A DNA stretch of 63,637 nt, filler included, from Octopus bimaculoides (GCF_001194135.2; 7 parts of 7 records of this genome joined end to end with filler, not necessarily neighbours in it), one strand, 5' to 3'; counted from the whole stretch's first letter, positions 1 through 13,200 are shown. Numbers and translations are program-made. The notes: generated by a model from the letters alone, not told the origin.

Positions 1-348
1 ATCATGATGGCACCTGTGCCCAGCATCGCCTTCCAGGCACGTGTAAGACATTCAAGCAAGATCGTTGCCAGTGCCGCTGGACTGGCTCCTGTGCAGGTGG
101 CACGTAAAATACACCATTTTGAGCGTGGCTATTGCCAGTACCGCCTGACTGGCCTTCGTGCCAGTGGCACGTAAAAGCACCCACTACACTCTCGGAGTGG
201 TTGGCATTAGGAAAGGCATCCAGCTGTAGAAACTCTGCCAAATCAGATTGGAGCCTGGTGTAGCCACCTGGTTCACCAGTCCTCAGTCAAATCGTCCGAC
301 CCATGCTAGCATGGAAAGCAGACGTCAAACAATGATGATGATGATGAT
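1..348 (+). mobile_element. SINE-like family A (V-domain-like core, (GAT)n tail), 5' end outside window
   Basis: Core ggcattaggaaaggcatccagctgtagaaactctgccaaatc resembles the V-SINE central domain; 3' end catgctagcatggaaagcagacgtcaaacaatgatgatgat; homologous copies at 5816, 6330, 15990, 19305, 19850, 61486. Confidence 0.75.
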
Positions 349-481
349 TATGAAAGTACCAGTCCAGCCTTGAAACCAATATGTCTACATCTGTCTGTCT
401 GTCTGTCTGTCTTTCTCTCACTGGATTCTAGTAATTCAGAGTCTCAGCCTTCTTACATTATGTCACACTGACCTAACTTGA

Positions 482-527
482 GGGTAGTAGTCTGGGTAGT
501 AGTCTATGTAGTAGTCTGGGTAGTAGT
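482..527. repeat. 12-bp minisatellite (gggtagtagtct) x~4
   Basis: Direct reading of the tandem unit. Confidence 0.85.
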
Positions 528-956
528 ATTTGTGAGAAACTCATTAGTTTTGCAAAGATGAATTCAGTTTGGTCAAATAACTATATGCACATCATGAAGA
601 CCAATAGAAAACCTACCATAGGTGAAAATATGTGTGTGTGTGTGTGTGTGTGTGTGTTTTGAAGGTTGACATATTGAATACCGTAGATTTTAGGGTGAAG
701 ACTATTGCACAGAGAGTGCTGGTGGTATACTCTATCTCCAAATTTAAGACTCAAAGACTGATCAGGTGGCGGAGCAGCTCTGTAAATGTTTTGGTCCCTT
801 TTACCACAATACTAGATCTGCCCAGGGCCATCTCCCAATGTAGACAACAAAACTCTTGCACAAAATGAATTTTTAATTTGTTGAAATTTTCTTCTTAGTT
901 GGAGATGGAAAATAACAACTTAGAGGGCAACTGTTAATGATTCTCAAAGAAATGAG

Positions 957-1270
957 AGGCATGGCTGTGTGGCAAGCAGTTTGCTTCCCAACCACACGGT
1001 TCCAGGTTCAGTCCCACCACGTGGCCTCTTGGGCCAACCAAAGCCTTCTGAGTGGAAACTTTGTAGACAGAAACAGAAAGAAGCCCATTGTGTGTGTGTG
1101 TGCATATTTGTGTCTGTGTTTACAGCCCCGTAACTTAGCGGTTCAGCAAAAGACCTGATATAAAGTACCAAGCTTTAAAAAAAAATGTACTGGGTAGATT
1201 CATTCAGCTAAAAATTCTTCAAAGCAATGCCCCAGCGTTGTCACAGTCTAATGACTGGGACAAGTAAAAG
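957..1270 (+). mobile_element. tRNA-derived SINE family B (accttgggcaagtgtctt core, internal microsatellite slot, aaatgactgaaacaagtaaaag tail)
   Basis: Head ggcatggctgtgtgg...ggttcagtccc (A/B-box-like); body and tail shared with copies at 15163, 17485, 21815, 51415. Confidence 0.8.
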
Positions 1271-1693
1271 GTAAGAAAAAAATCAACTTTCTGCACTCGT
1301 TATACCAGACAGATAGTATCACCAAACATATTCCGAATGTGACCATCCAATCCTTTTCGCTTTTTTTTTTTACAGATAACAATAAGAAAATGAATATATT
1401 ACATTAAAAAAATGCAGTGTGATACAATATGGAGAACATTTGGCTGTTATTTCTTGCAGGTCAAGAAACCACGTAGACATTCCTTTGTTGGTTCATTGCA
1501 TTTCAGTAAATTTGTGGTGGGGGTCAAAATGAAGACTGAAGATCAATGTATAAGAAGGAGAGAGGGAGGGAGGTTAGTGTTTTACAAGTCCAGTTTAAGA
1601 GCAGCCTGTTCTAAAACTGTAATGATTACCCAATAAAAAAGATTTTTCATAAACAATAGCTGGTTACCAACACAAAGAAATAACTGAAAAGAC

Positions 1694-1742
<49 letters not shown>

Positions 1743-2767
1743 TTGTGTGTGAGTGTGTGATGATAACAGTAGTAGCTCACCAAAATTAGCAATGCTAAGA
1801 GAATACATTAAACGAGATTCAGCCCAGTTCTTATTTTAATAAATTTTAAACTAGTCTTTAGTTTTCATCCAGAATTTGACATTTTATGGCAGACGAAATT
1901 TATGCAGTGTCAATAGACTTTCTTGTTTTTGAGAGCTTTCTTTTTTTTTTTTAGAAGTTTTAACAGTTAAATGTTTATATATTTTATATATCTACACAGT
2001 ATATTGAAACAAACTTGGAAGTTAGGTGGCACACACACATACACACACACACACACGCCATACACTGCTTCCACCTACACACCTCATTCATAGAAAGAAC
2101 AAAACATTGTGCTTGTGTGAATCATGCTAAACTAGAAGGAAAACAGAATCAGTATATCTAAAAAGATAATGCAAACAGGCAATTGTTAGTTTGTACAGCT
2201 ATGAAACTAATTCCACCATACGTTGTTGACATTGGTGTAATGATATGTAGGTGAGGGCATGGCTGTGTAAGGAAGAACGTTTTGTGCGACATAGTTCTGG
2301 GTTCAGTCACACCATGTGGAATCTCGTACAAATGTCTTTTACTATGGCTTTGGGTCAACCCAAACTGTAACAGCAAAGCCCAACAGAGGGAAACTTGGAT
2401 CAACCATATTTCTTCTTAGATGGGAGACTTGACATGTTGTCACCCGGTTTAACACCAAGTGCCTTTAGCAGGGCTACTCTGTTGCAGTCATTTAAGTTGG
2501 GTCTCTAGGCTGAGTATCTACCTATATCTAATCATCTATCTGTCTGTCTGTCAGCTCATGTGTCTATCTATCTATCTACCTACCTAGCAAACTACTCACC
2601 TACATACCTATAAATTTAGCAACCCTTCTCTTGATGCCATACAAAAAAAGATAGGCTTGAATGGTTAGCCTTTTATGGTCTAAATACCACTGAGGGCCAG
2701 TTACTGCTTAATTACTGAACATATCACAGCACAAGAGCATATTATTATTATCATTATTATTATTTTT

Positions 2768-3385
2768 AAAATTCTGCCGAGGTCAACTTTGCCTTTCATC
2801 CTTTCAGGGTCAATAAATTAAGTACCAGTTGAATACTGGGGTCAATGTGATCAACTGACCGTCCCCACAAAATCCAGGCTGTGTGCCTATAATAGAAAGG
2901 ATTATTATTATTATTATTTTACAAATTCTGGGAGCTGGCAGAAGTGTTAGCACGCCGGGCGAAATGCTTAGGCAGTATTTCGTCTGTCTTTACGTTCTGA
3001 GTTCAAATTCCACCAAGGTCAACTTTGCCTTTTATCCTTTCAGGATCAATAAATTAAGTACTAGTTGCATACTGGAATCAATCTAACTGACTGCCCCCCC
3101 ACCCCCACCCCCAAATTTCAGGCCTTGTGCCAATAGTAGAAAGGATTATTATTTAAGGTGGTGAGCTGGCAAAATCATTAGCACACTGGGCAAAATGCTT
3201 AGCAGTATTTTATCCGTCTTGACATTCTGAGTCCAAATTCTGCTAAGGTCAACATTGCCTTTCATCTTTTCAGGGTTGATAAAATAAGTACCAATGGAAC
3301 ACTGGGGTGGTAGTCAATCTAATCAACTAACCCCCTTCCCAAAATTTTCAGGCCTTGTGCCTGTAATAGAAAGGACTATTATTAT
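2768..3385 (+). mobile_element. Head-to-tail array of three tRNA-derived SINE family C copies with (TTA)n tails
   Basis: Repeated unit gagctggcagaa...gagttcaaattcc...aagtaccag...ggccttgtgcc...agaaaggattattatt; A-box TGGCAGAA and B-box GAGTTCAAATTCC. Confidence 0.85.
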
Positions 3386-3394
3386 TATAATATA

Positions 3395-3985
3395 CCTGGT
3401 GGCGGCTGGTTTTGGGCCTGTATTCAGGGGCTGGATCACTGCAATGCACAGCGACATCTGTTCAGTGGTCTGAGTGAACAGTCACCTCTCAGAGCCATTC
3501 AAACGTCATGCATTTGGTCCAGCAAGGTTGCTTCCTCTCATCTCTCTAGTTTGTATTGACTCTCGAGCCACTCCTACACAAACTGGAGGCGTTGAGAGAC
3601 ATCCCGCGTGACCTAGGATGTGGGAGATGCATATGCCGACGACATTACCATAGTGGTGTCAGATCATAAACACATAGAAATGATCGGCACTACTCTCAGG
3701 AACTACGAGGCAGTTTCAGGAGCAACAATTAACCACAAAAAAGAAAAACCGGTGGGCTTGTGGCTCAGTAGCTGGAGAAGCAAGTCCATGCCATCTGACT
3801 GTGTCATTGGGCACTGGACGGACGGATCAGTTAAACTGCTCAGGGGTCTGGTTTTGTCCGGACCATCAGATGGACAAAATACTGGGATGGGGTAATGAGT
3901 GAAGTGACTACTCTCACCCAGAAATGGGTCAAGAGAAAGCTATCCCTGAAAGGTCAGGCAGAGGTGGCTAACATGTATATTGTGG
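3395..3985 (+). pseudogene. Degraded Tx1/L1-clade LINE reverse transcriptase fragment
   Basis: Piecewise translation GFGPVFRGWI...QGCFLSSL*FVLTLEPLLHKLEAL...AYADDITIVVSD...YEAVSGATIN...WVKRKLSLKG: QG and YADD RT motifs, L1/Tx1-type LSLKG; has stops and frameshifts. Confidence 0.85.
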
Positions 3986-5131
3986 CCTTGTGCCATTATT
4001 ATTATTATTATTATTAATTATAACATAGAGAAGGATGTGAGGGGTGCCTCCTTTTCTGCAACCTTTAATTAGTCTAAAACTTCACAAACATAAATGTTCT
4101 CCCCTGAAACCATTTTTACTCAGGATTACTGAAAGATGGAATTAAAAGCCAGCTGGTACAACTGAGGAACTGAAAAGGGGTGCATTAGGAGATATACCTG
4201 TTCCTACTTCTTCACCTCCACCCTGACATCTCTTCTACACACACACACTTGCTACTGTTCTTACTCCCACCTCACCTCCAGTTGAATGAACACACACACA
4301 CTCCAATATCATATCATCACCCCTTGTCTCCATCCCCCCCTACAAATCTATATTAGACCCAACCAGAAGCTATATATATATATAATGAATGAATGTATAT
4401 ATAGCACTTCTCCTGCACTCCACCCTAGGTAGAATGGAGGCAGGTGATGGGTGATGGTGATGGAAGGGGATAACAAAAGATACTAAAAAAAGATGAAGGT
4501 TTGTAATTTCACCGCATCCCAGCAATATGAGCTCAGTCATCTAGGTTGCCATCACCGGTGAATCCCTCTTTTCTACTTTACCATCACTACCTTCATATCT
4601 CTATACATCACAACTACTACTACCACCACCACCACCACCACCTTCAATACAGTCACTACCACAACCACCACACCATCTCCATACACACAACTAGTGCTAC
4701 TACAACCAATTCTCTCTCCATTTATTCACATTCACTACTACCACCACCCATCTCTCAACCATGTGTTTTTTCTTTATTTGGAGATAGGAGCTTTCCAAAC
4801 AGAAAATATTACACAAAGGGCCAACACACACAAACACACAAAAAGGTATATCAAATACTATACAAGATAAATTCTTGATTTATTGAAATTAACTTTCCTT
4901 TGTGAGATTAGTAAACAAATGCCTTGTGGTAATTGCAACCAATGCCAGATGATAAGGGGAGATAATCTCAAGAGTTAAGAATTCTCCGAAATGCACATGC
5001 TATTAAGGAAAAGACAGCCTGATTGTCTAAAGACACAAAGACATCTGTGGACACAAGTTTCTGTCTCAATGGCATCATCAGAACAGCAACTGTCCTACCT
5101 TGATTCCAGTAGACAAGATACTCAGACTTAC

Positions 5132-5178
5132 ACAAAAAGGAACAGAAAACATTTCTGGTTTATGGGAATTTGCATAAT
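5132..5178 (-). other. Candidate 47-nt internal exon (xYANSHKPEMFSVPFC), host gene unidentified
   Basis: Minus-strand acceptor ttatttcttttggttcattttcttttag and donor TGT|gtaagt; open frame phase 1 to 0; no protein recognised. Confidence 0.3.
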
Positions 5179-5815
5179 CTAAAAGAAAATGAACCAAAAG
5201 AAATAACTCAAAGTAGCCAGTGGCATGAAGACAGACCATTTCAATATATCAAGAATTTAACTTTCATTTTCATTGTCCATATCCACCTCAGAAGGTTTTG
5301 AACTCAGAACACAGAGGAATACTATTAAATACCATTACTCTAGCTCTTCTGCCAAACACTACCTTTAAGATTATTAATCATCGTTATTTAACATTCATTT
5401 TTTTTATGTGGCACCAGCACCAGTGAGGTTACCAAGTAACTTGCAAGACAAAATCCTTCAACTGAGCATGGAGAGTAGTGCTGAGAGAGGTGGCTTTATG
5501 CCAGGTGATGAAAGGTTAAAGGGCCAAGAAACAGGCGTTGTGTTATAAAAAAGATACATGGTTACCCCCCCCCTCCCATTGGAAAAGAAAGAGGATGGTG
5601 GTGAGTTATAGGAAAGGGAATATAAATGGTATGGGTGGATATTATTATTGGAGAAAATATTCACTGATGATGTAATTTCAATGCCACCCACAACGCTTGT
5701 CTTCATGTAAGAGTAGGCTTGGATTGCATTGAAGGTATACAGGAGATATGTATGCCTAATGATGAAAACATTACAAAACATACACATACACACACACACA
5801 CACATATATCATCAT

Positions 5816-5945
5816 CATCATCATCGTTTAACGTCCGCTTTCCATGCTAGCATGGGTTGGACGATTTGACTGAGGACTGGTGAAACCGGATGGCAACACC
5901 AGGCTCCAATCTAATTTGGCAGAGTTTCTACAGCTGGATGCCCTT
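5816..5945 (-). mobile_element. SINE-like family A, 3' fragment
   Basis: catcatcatcgtttaacgtccgctttccatgctagcatggg...cagctggatgccc is the reverse complement of the 1-348 tail. Confidence 0.8.
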
Positions 5946-6329
5946 ATATATATATAACCAACATGTGTGTGCTTTTGTATATGTTTGTGTGTGTGTGTGT
6001 TCCCTATTTCAAAATGCAAAGACCATGTCGCTGAAAATGTAAGAGGCAACTAAAAGCACTAGTGATAGGAAAGGTATCCAGCTATTAAGCACTGCCTCAG
6101 AAAACCCATCCCACATATGCCAGCACGGAGAACCAGATGTAAAACAATAATGGCACTTTCTCTCTCTCTCTCTCTCTCTTTCTTTNNNNNNNNNNATATA
6201 TATATATGAGAAGAATGATCTCAAAATGCTGAACCTTATGAAGGAAATGACAAAGGACTGAGACATGTGGGGCACTGCTGCATTCAAGAAGACCTGCCTA
6301 CCACAACAGAATTGATATCCTAAAACCAA

Positions 6330-6582
6330 GGTACCACATATAAAGCACTGGTGCTGGTGCCACATATAAAGCACTGGCGCTGGTGCCATGCACAAAGCAC
6401 CAGTGCTGATGGCACATAAAAAGCACCCAGTACACCCTATAGTGTTTAATGTTAGGAAGGGTATCTAACCACAGAAACCAAGCCAAAACAGACTATGGAA
6501 CCTGGTATGACCCCTGACCTTGCCAGCTCCCATCAGGCCATCCAACTCATGCCAGCATGGAAAATAGGCATTAAATGATGAT
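6330..6582 (+). mobile_element. SINE-like family A variant with 26-bp tandem 5' array
   Basis: (ggtgccacatataaagcactggtgct) x3-4, then ttaggaagggtatc core and catgccagcatggaaa...atgatgat tail. Confidence 0.7.
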
Positions 6583-6631
6583 AATGATATATATATATAT
6601 ATATATATACATACACACACACATATACAAT

Positions 6632-6927
6632 GAAGGCATGTGGCTTAGTGTAAGATCAAAAGTTTTGATTCCTAGTGACACATATCCTTGAGCAAGACAC
6701 TTTATTTCAAATTGCTTCAGTCCACTCAGCTGGCAAAGATGAATCCTACCTGTAATTCAAAGGGCCAGCCTTATCACATTCTGTGTAATGCTGAATCTCC
6801 CTGAGAACTACATTAAGGGTACCCGTGTCTGTGGAGTGCTCAGCCACTTGCACATTCGTTTCATGAGCAAGCCGTTTCACTGATTGGATCAACTGGAACC
6901 TTCGTCAAAGTAACCAACAGAATGTCA
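6632..6927 (+). mobile_element. tRNA-derived SINE family D
   Basis: ggcatgtggcttagtg head, ccttgagcaagacacttt CORE-like segment, gtctgtggagtgctcagccacttgcac body; reverse copy at 14130-14440. Confidence 0.7.
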
Positions 6928-8278
6928 GTGACAGTGATGATAACGGTAATGATGGTGGCACTGACATTGGTAATGTTGTTCGTAGTGTTGACAATAGTGA
7001 TGACGTAACAGAGATGATGACGGAGAAGAATTTAGTAGAATATTTTAATTACATCGGCTCTAATGAGCATGCTTTATTTATATCTTAATGCAGTTTGGGA
7101 TCCATTGTTCCAAAGTAGAATTATTTCATGTTATCTTGAAAGTTTATAAATTCTTATGACGTCAACCATACACACACACACATCTCAGCATGTTAAAATG
7201 AATGTATCACCTGGGTATATTAAACTGGGTGTGTCAGCTGGGTCTATAAGGTAGACTATGTGTGTAGCACAGGTATGTTAAGTAGGGTGTATCAACTGGG
7301 TGTATAATATAGACTGTTTATAGAAAACTTATTACTTTAAGACAAGAGCACACTAACAGAGACATGCATACTAACAGACACAAACACATTGAGATATAAT
7401 AGACATACACAAGCATACAGACACACAACACACTAAATATTTGGCTCTGATATAACACTTTACTCTCCTCTCTCACCCACCTACCATACCTATACTTGCA
7501 TAAGGTAATTATTCTCAACAACTGCATACAAAGCCCTCCTCTAACACCTACACACACACACACACACCCTCCCATCCACTCCTCAACTCTACCGCTCCCC
7601 AAACAACCCCTCTACACACTTCCAGAGAAGTAGAAGAGTGTTCCATGCCCTTCTGTAATTTCCAGAATGAGAAAGGAGCATGAAATGGGCAAGATAAAAG
7701 CTAAGTGTCAAACAGAAGATGGGGGGGGGGGAGGGGCTGATCCGCCCTCCCCTCTTTCTCACAAACTTCTTCCTCACCAGAATATTCTAATGGTTAATTC
7801 CATGCTAAATATAAACCTGGAGCAGCCACAAGAACACAAGAAATTTACTTCACTGTAAGATATTAAGTAACAGCAGTTGCTCGCCTCCAACAGTCAGGGG
7901 CCACACCAAGAGTTGAGCGAGAGTTTGGGGGCCGGTAAACCACCATCCACCCATTTCATGCTGGGTGCATAGGGTACCAAGGATGTCAGTAAGATGGTAA
8001 TGTGGATGATTAAGGGGACACTTGGAAACAAGCAGTATGCTGTCTGCTAAGATATTGACCATATTATCTTCAAAACACAAAAACATAAAATAACACACAC
8101 ACACACACACACTAATAAACACACATGTATACACAAAAAAACACACAGAGACACATGCTCACATATACAAAAATGCATACGTTTGCATAATAATAATCAC
8201 AGAGAGAGACATGCACACATACACGTGCACACACAACAACAAAAAAACTTACACAGAAAAACACACTTACAAAGAGAA

Positions 8279-8328
<50 letters not shown>

Positions 8329-9611
8329 AAACACAATGACGTGATATTATCAATAATGGTAGAAAGCATTAGTATCCAATGTTTGCCAATTTGGCACTAC
8401 AATAGAGTTCTGGCACATATTTACAAACAAACAGATGGTTAATTACTTAACATATTACAATAGAAACTAGTTTTAGATAATGGTTGGAATTGTAATTACA
8501 AAAAATATTATTTACGAAAAGAATGGTTGGTGCTACAGCTTGGCCATAACCCATTAGCTGAAACCAATAAAGCAGTAATCGTTATTTACACTTATCTCTG
8601 CTAATAGCAATGTTTTAATGACCACATTTTCTATGCTAGCAGGGGGGGGGGGGTTGACAGATCTGCTACACAAAATATTGATACTTGGCAGAGCTTACAA
8701 TCTACCTTGGCATCACAGGGGCAAGTAGGCAGGAGGTCATCAGGGTGGATGTGGAGGTAGCAGAGGTTACCTCAAGGTGACCGTGGATCAGGAAGTGTGA
8801 ACCCTGGCAGCTACATTGCTTGTCTGGGTCTGTGCTTACCGGACACAAATTGGGGCTTGATTAAGCTTGATTGGGTCACCTGGGTGAGAGCAGCATCTGA
8901 TTGCTGAAACACCTGAAACACTTAATGACCCCAGGAAACATCACAGGATGTATACACACACACACACAGACACATATATGCAGTATACATACACACATGT
9001 ACACAGACAGACACATACATATCTATACACACACACACATTCACACACACACACACACACACACAAATACACAGATGCAAGCATGGCTATGTGTGTGCGA
9101 GTAATAAGTCTGCTTTGCTTTCCAACTTGAAACACCTAATGACCCCAGGAAACAACACTAAAGATGTGTACAGGTGCAACACAGACTGATGTAGGGAAAA
9201 AAACTGTGTGTGTGTGTGCATATATACAACATACATACTCATATATACATACACACACATATGAATATACAATATATTTATATATATTTATATATATTAT
9301 ATACATACATACATACACACATACATACAAATACACAGGTGCAAGTATGGCTGAGTGGTAAGAAGTTTGCTTTCAGGTTTAGTCCCACAACATGACAACT
9401 TGAACAAGTTTCTTCTACTATGGCCCTACACCAACCAAAGCCTTGTGAGTCGATTTGATACCCATGATGTGTGCATATGCATGTGTGTGTATGCATGTCT
9501 GCGTATGCATCTATTTACATGCGTGTGCGCAGTGTGTATGTGTAGATCATAGGGATTCTTATTCTGGAAAGGGTAATACATGTTTAGGGGTCTCTAGTCT
9601 ACAGCGGTCTT

Positions 9612-9612
<1 letters not shown>

Positions 9613-9688
<76 letters not shown>
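9613..9688. repeat. (TG)n microsatellite
   Basis: Direct reading; representative of many (TG)n, (TA)n and (CA)n tracts in the window. Confidence 0.95.
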
Positions 9689-9692
<4 letters not shown>

Positions 9693-9739
9693 TATGTATA
9701 CACACACACATACACAAATATAACAATCTGTAACTTTAT

Positions 9740-9960
9740 ATTGGTTTCAAAATTTGGTAAGAGGCCAGCAATTTCAAGTGAAGAACAAAGTTGATTAAAC
9801 TAACCCCAGTACTCCACTGGTACTTATTTCATTGACCCTGAAAGGATGAAAGGTCAAGTCAACCCTGGCATCATTTGAACTTAGAACATAAAGACAGACT
9901 AAATGCCAGCAAACATTTTGCCCAGCATGCTAACGATTCTGCTAGATCACCACCTCGCAT
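9740..9960 (-). mobile_element. SINE family C
   Basis: ctggtacttatttcattgaccctgaaaggatgaaagg...tttgaacttagaac...gattctgctagatcacc is the reverse complement of the family C unit. Confidence 0.75.
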
Positions 9961-10343
9961 TTAACTTTATAGTAAACGGTAATACTGTCCAACCCATGCT
10001 AGCATGGAAAGCAGACGTTAAACGATGATGATGATGATTTACCAAAAGAGGATTTTGCTCTGGACTATTTAAGTATAGCTTCTTCAAGTGGAACTAAGAT
10101 ATGGTCACACACATACACACCCCGTCAGCTGCTGTGTGAATTGCAGGTTATCCGACTATGGTTGCCCTCTCTCACTGCTACAAACATATATACTGACATG
10201 CTAACCCCCAACACACACACACACACACCCTATATCAGTATAGCTTCTTTTCCCAAGTATGGAGAGTAATATATCTTCCAAGCAGGCTGAAATTTCAAGA
10301 TCATCATTGCATGCTATATATACAATTTCATGTCAATGAAGAT

Positions 10344-10380
<37 letters not shown>

Positions 10381-10537
10381 CGTACATACACACATATGCA
10401 TAGGCACACACAAATACACACATATATGCATGTCTGACATGAAAAAGTGGCTAAATCAGCACTGTCCAGAGGGATGAATATGCAACATCAATATCTAGGA
10501 AAGGTCATTCTACAACAGAAACTGTCTGTTGATGGAG

Positions 10538-10572
<35 letters not shown>

Positions 10573-10877
10573 TGTATGCATGCATGGATGCATATGCATC
10601 TGCATGTATGTGTCTAAGTTTACAAATATTAGTACAAGTGTCTGCATATATATATATATATATATATATATTATTATTATTATTATTATATTTATCTTAT
10701 GATATTTACTTTACTTTATATGATACTCATTTATTGTGCTTTTAATTAATTTTTCTATATGTGATAGTGGATTTTCATCGATGAGTTCTTGAAACTTGGT
10801 TATTTTCCCTNNNNNNNNNNNNNNNNNNNNNNNNNNNNNNNNNNNNNNNNNNNNNNNNNNNNNNNNNNNNNNNNNNN

Positions 10878-10909
<32 letters not shown>

Positions 10910-11691
10910 TGTGTGAATCTGTATGCACACATAGGCAAGTCAGTATGCATGTGTGCTTGTATGCATGTGTGTGTTTGCATGCATATGTGTGTCTGTATGC
11001 CTGGGTGTGCATGTCTGTATGTGACCACATACATATTAAGAGTTACTGTCCCTTTCTTGACTTGTTTAAAATATAATTTACTTAGCCAGGTAAGTGCCTC
11101 TAAGTAACGATGTGTCAGCACAGAGCCACATAGGTATGACAAGGCTGCTATATGCCTGTGCAAGTGTGTGTGTGTGTGTGTGTGAAAAACGTGCATATGT
11201 GAAAACGTGTGTGTAAGCATGCGCTAGTGCCTTTGTGTGTGCTCAATGCTACCAAAGCAAACAAAATATGAAAAGGTTTTCCAGAGACAGATCGACAGGA
11301 TATCTATATATGTATACAGGAGAGTGAGGGGGTGAGACGAAGCAATACAGACAAAAAGACAATGATAGAAAGAGAGAGAGGGGGGAGTCGTCAATTTAAG
11401 TAATCCCTGAAAGACAACTGTAAGCCTGCTACAATCAACATGACTATAAAATTCAGTGTCGGTGGCAGTGATAGTAGTAATAGTTTTAGTAGGATCCCTA
11501 CTACACTATGACCACTACTACTGCTGCTACCACCACTACTACTAACAGAGCTGGTGTGTGCGATGTATCTCAGTACAGCTCCCAGCTGCCTTTATCCACT
11601 GCAGTCTGTGGAAGGGATGATGAATACCTTAATATATGCAGGTTTCATCTGGGAAAGGGACTACTACAACATAACCTTACTACTTAAACAC

Positions 11692-11762
<71 letters not shown>

Positions 11763-12475
11763 TATCTATATATACATACATATGTGTGTGTGTATGCATG
11801 TAAGTAAATGTAGGTAGACACACATACATATAGCTATACACACAAATACACAGATAGATCTTCTTTACTTCACTTTTCCATTACAAAACCTTATAAAGAA
11901 AGATAAGGCTCTAGATGTGTCAAACTGTAAATATAGAGAAAGGCTCTGTGTGTGTGAGTGAGAGAGAGAGAGAGAGAGTATGCATTTATGGATGGGTAAA
12001 TGTATTCATGAATGAGGTCTGTTTCTCAATGTCTCTATGTATATGTGCGGTTGGGTGAGTTAGTGTATGGGAGTTAATTGGAGTGTGTTTAAGTATCTTG
12101 CAGCATGTGAGCATGTGTGTCTGTGAGCACATATATTCGAGCTTGTGTTTATGCATAAAAGTGTATGTGTACATAGATTTATGTATGCATGTGTGCGTTT
12201 GTGCCTCCAACCTTATGTTCGCACATCCATACAAGTGAGAGGGTGTGTGAGAGCAGAATAATCTAAGTGTGTATCTGTGTTTTTTAATTATCCACTCCCC
12301 AACCTCTTAATTTTTCTATTCATTTACTCAATTGTTAAAGTCATTATGCTATAATTAAACAGCACAACAACAATTACCAACTCACCATGAACTATCATTA
12401 CTACCACCCACAAGAGAGTCTCAGCCTGCTAGAAATATCAGCCAAATTTCCCTCAAATCACACCTGGTGCCTTAA

Positions 12476-12693
12476 CCCTTTAGCATTTAAAACTAGCCAT
12501 ATCCAGTCAAATATTCTACTTGTTTTATGTTCAAACCAACCAGATCCAACCTCTTACATCTACCCTGCAATGCCATTCTAAAAATAAGCAATCACATCAT
12601 TGAAGTCATGAAGCTACAAGATAATGCAAGATAATCCAAACAATGTGAATAAATAAGCATTACATTTCACACAGTAATTTGAATGCTAAATGG
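12476..12693. mobile_element. piggyBac-like MITE, 218 bp, TTAA target duplication
   Basis: TTAA (12472-12475) | ccctttagcatt ... aatgctaaatgg | TTAA (12694-12697); TIRs match 11/12; non-coding interior. Confidence 0.75.
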
Positions 12694-12904
12694 TTAAAAA
12701 GCACATGTTGGATATGATACTGGGTACCCTTCACACAGGAAAAAGAAATGGGATGGTCACAGCTAGAATGCCTTTGATCTGACCTGGGAATAACCCCCCC
12801 CCCCGCAACCACAATCCAGACTACTTCTGCAGGAGCAATTATAGATCAGCTTTATTATCAAAACAGACAGATAGATATACACTCAATAGTTTTATACTAA
12901 TTAT

Positions 12905-13200
12905 TTGTAATATAGGCACAAGGACAGAAATTTGGGAGATGGGAATTAGTCAATGAAATCAACCATAGTACTTGCTGGTACTTTGTTATATCCCCATAGC
13001 AATGAAAGGCAAAGTCAATCATCCTGGGATTTGAACTCAGAATGCAAAGAGCCCAAACAAAAACCACTAAGCATTTTATCTGACACCCAAGAGTACTTTC
13101 TTTTTAGGACCACAGTGGGATGAATGACATAGCTGACTAGATACTGCCGAGTATTTTTTCTGATGCTCTACTGATTCTGCTATCCGCCACTTTAATAATA
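12905..13200 (-). mobile_element. SINE family C, degraded
   Basis: ggcacaagg...gtactt...atgaaaggcaaagtcaa...atttgaactcagaa on the plus strand. Confidence 0.65.

Noticed and set aside
2-241. 79-aa minus ORF MAEFLQLDAFPNANHS
   Set aside because: Antisense reading of SINE family A; the same peptide recurs at 19413
11540-11690. GC-richer stretch with Kazal-like AVCGRDDEYLNIC
   Set aside because: Spacing is one residue short of the Kazal motif, other cysteines are missing, and splice support is weak
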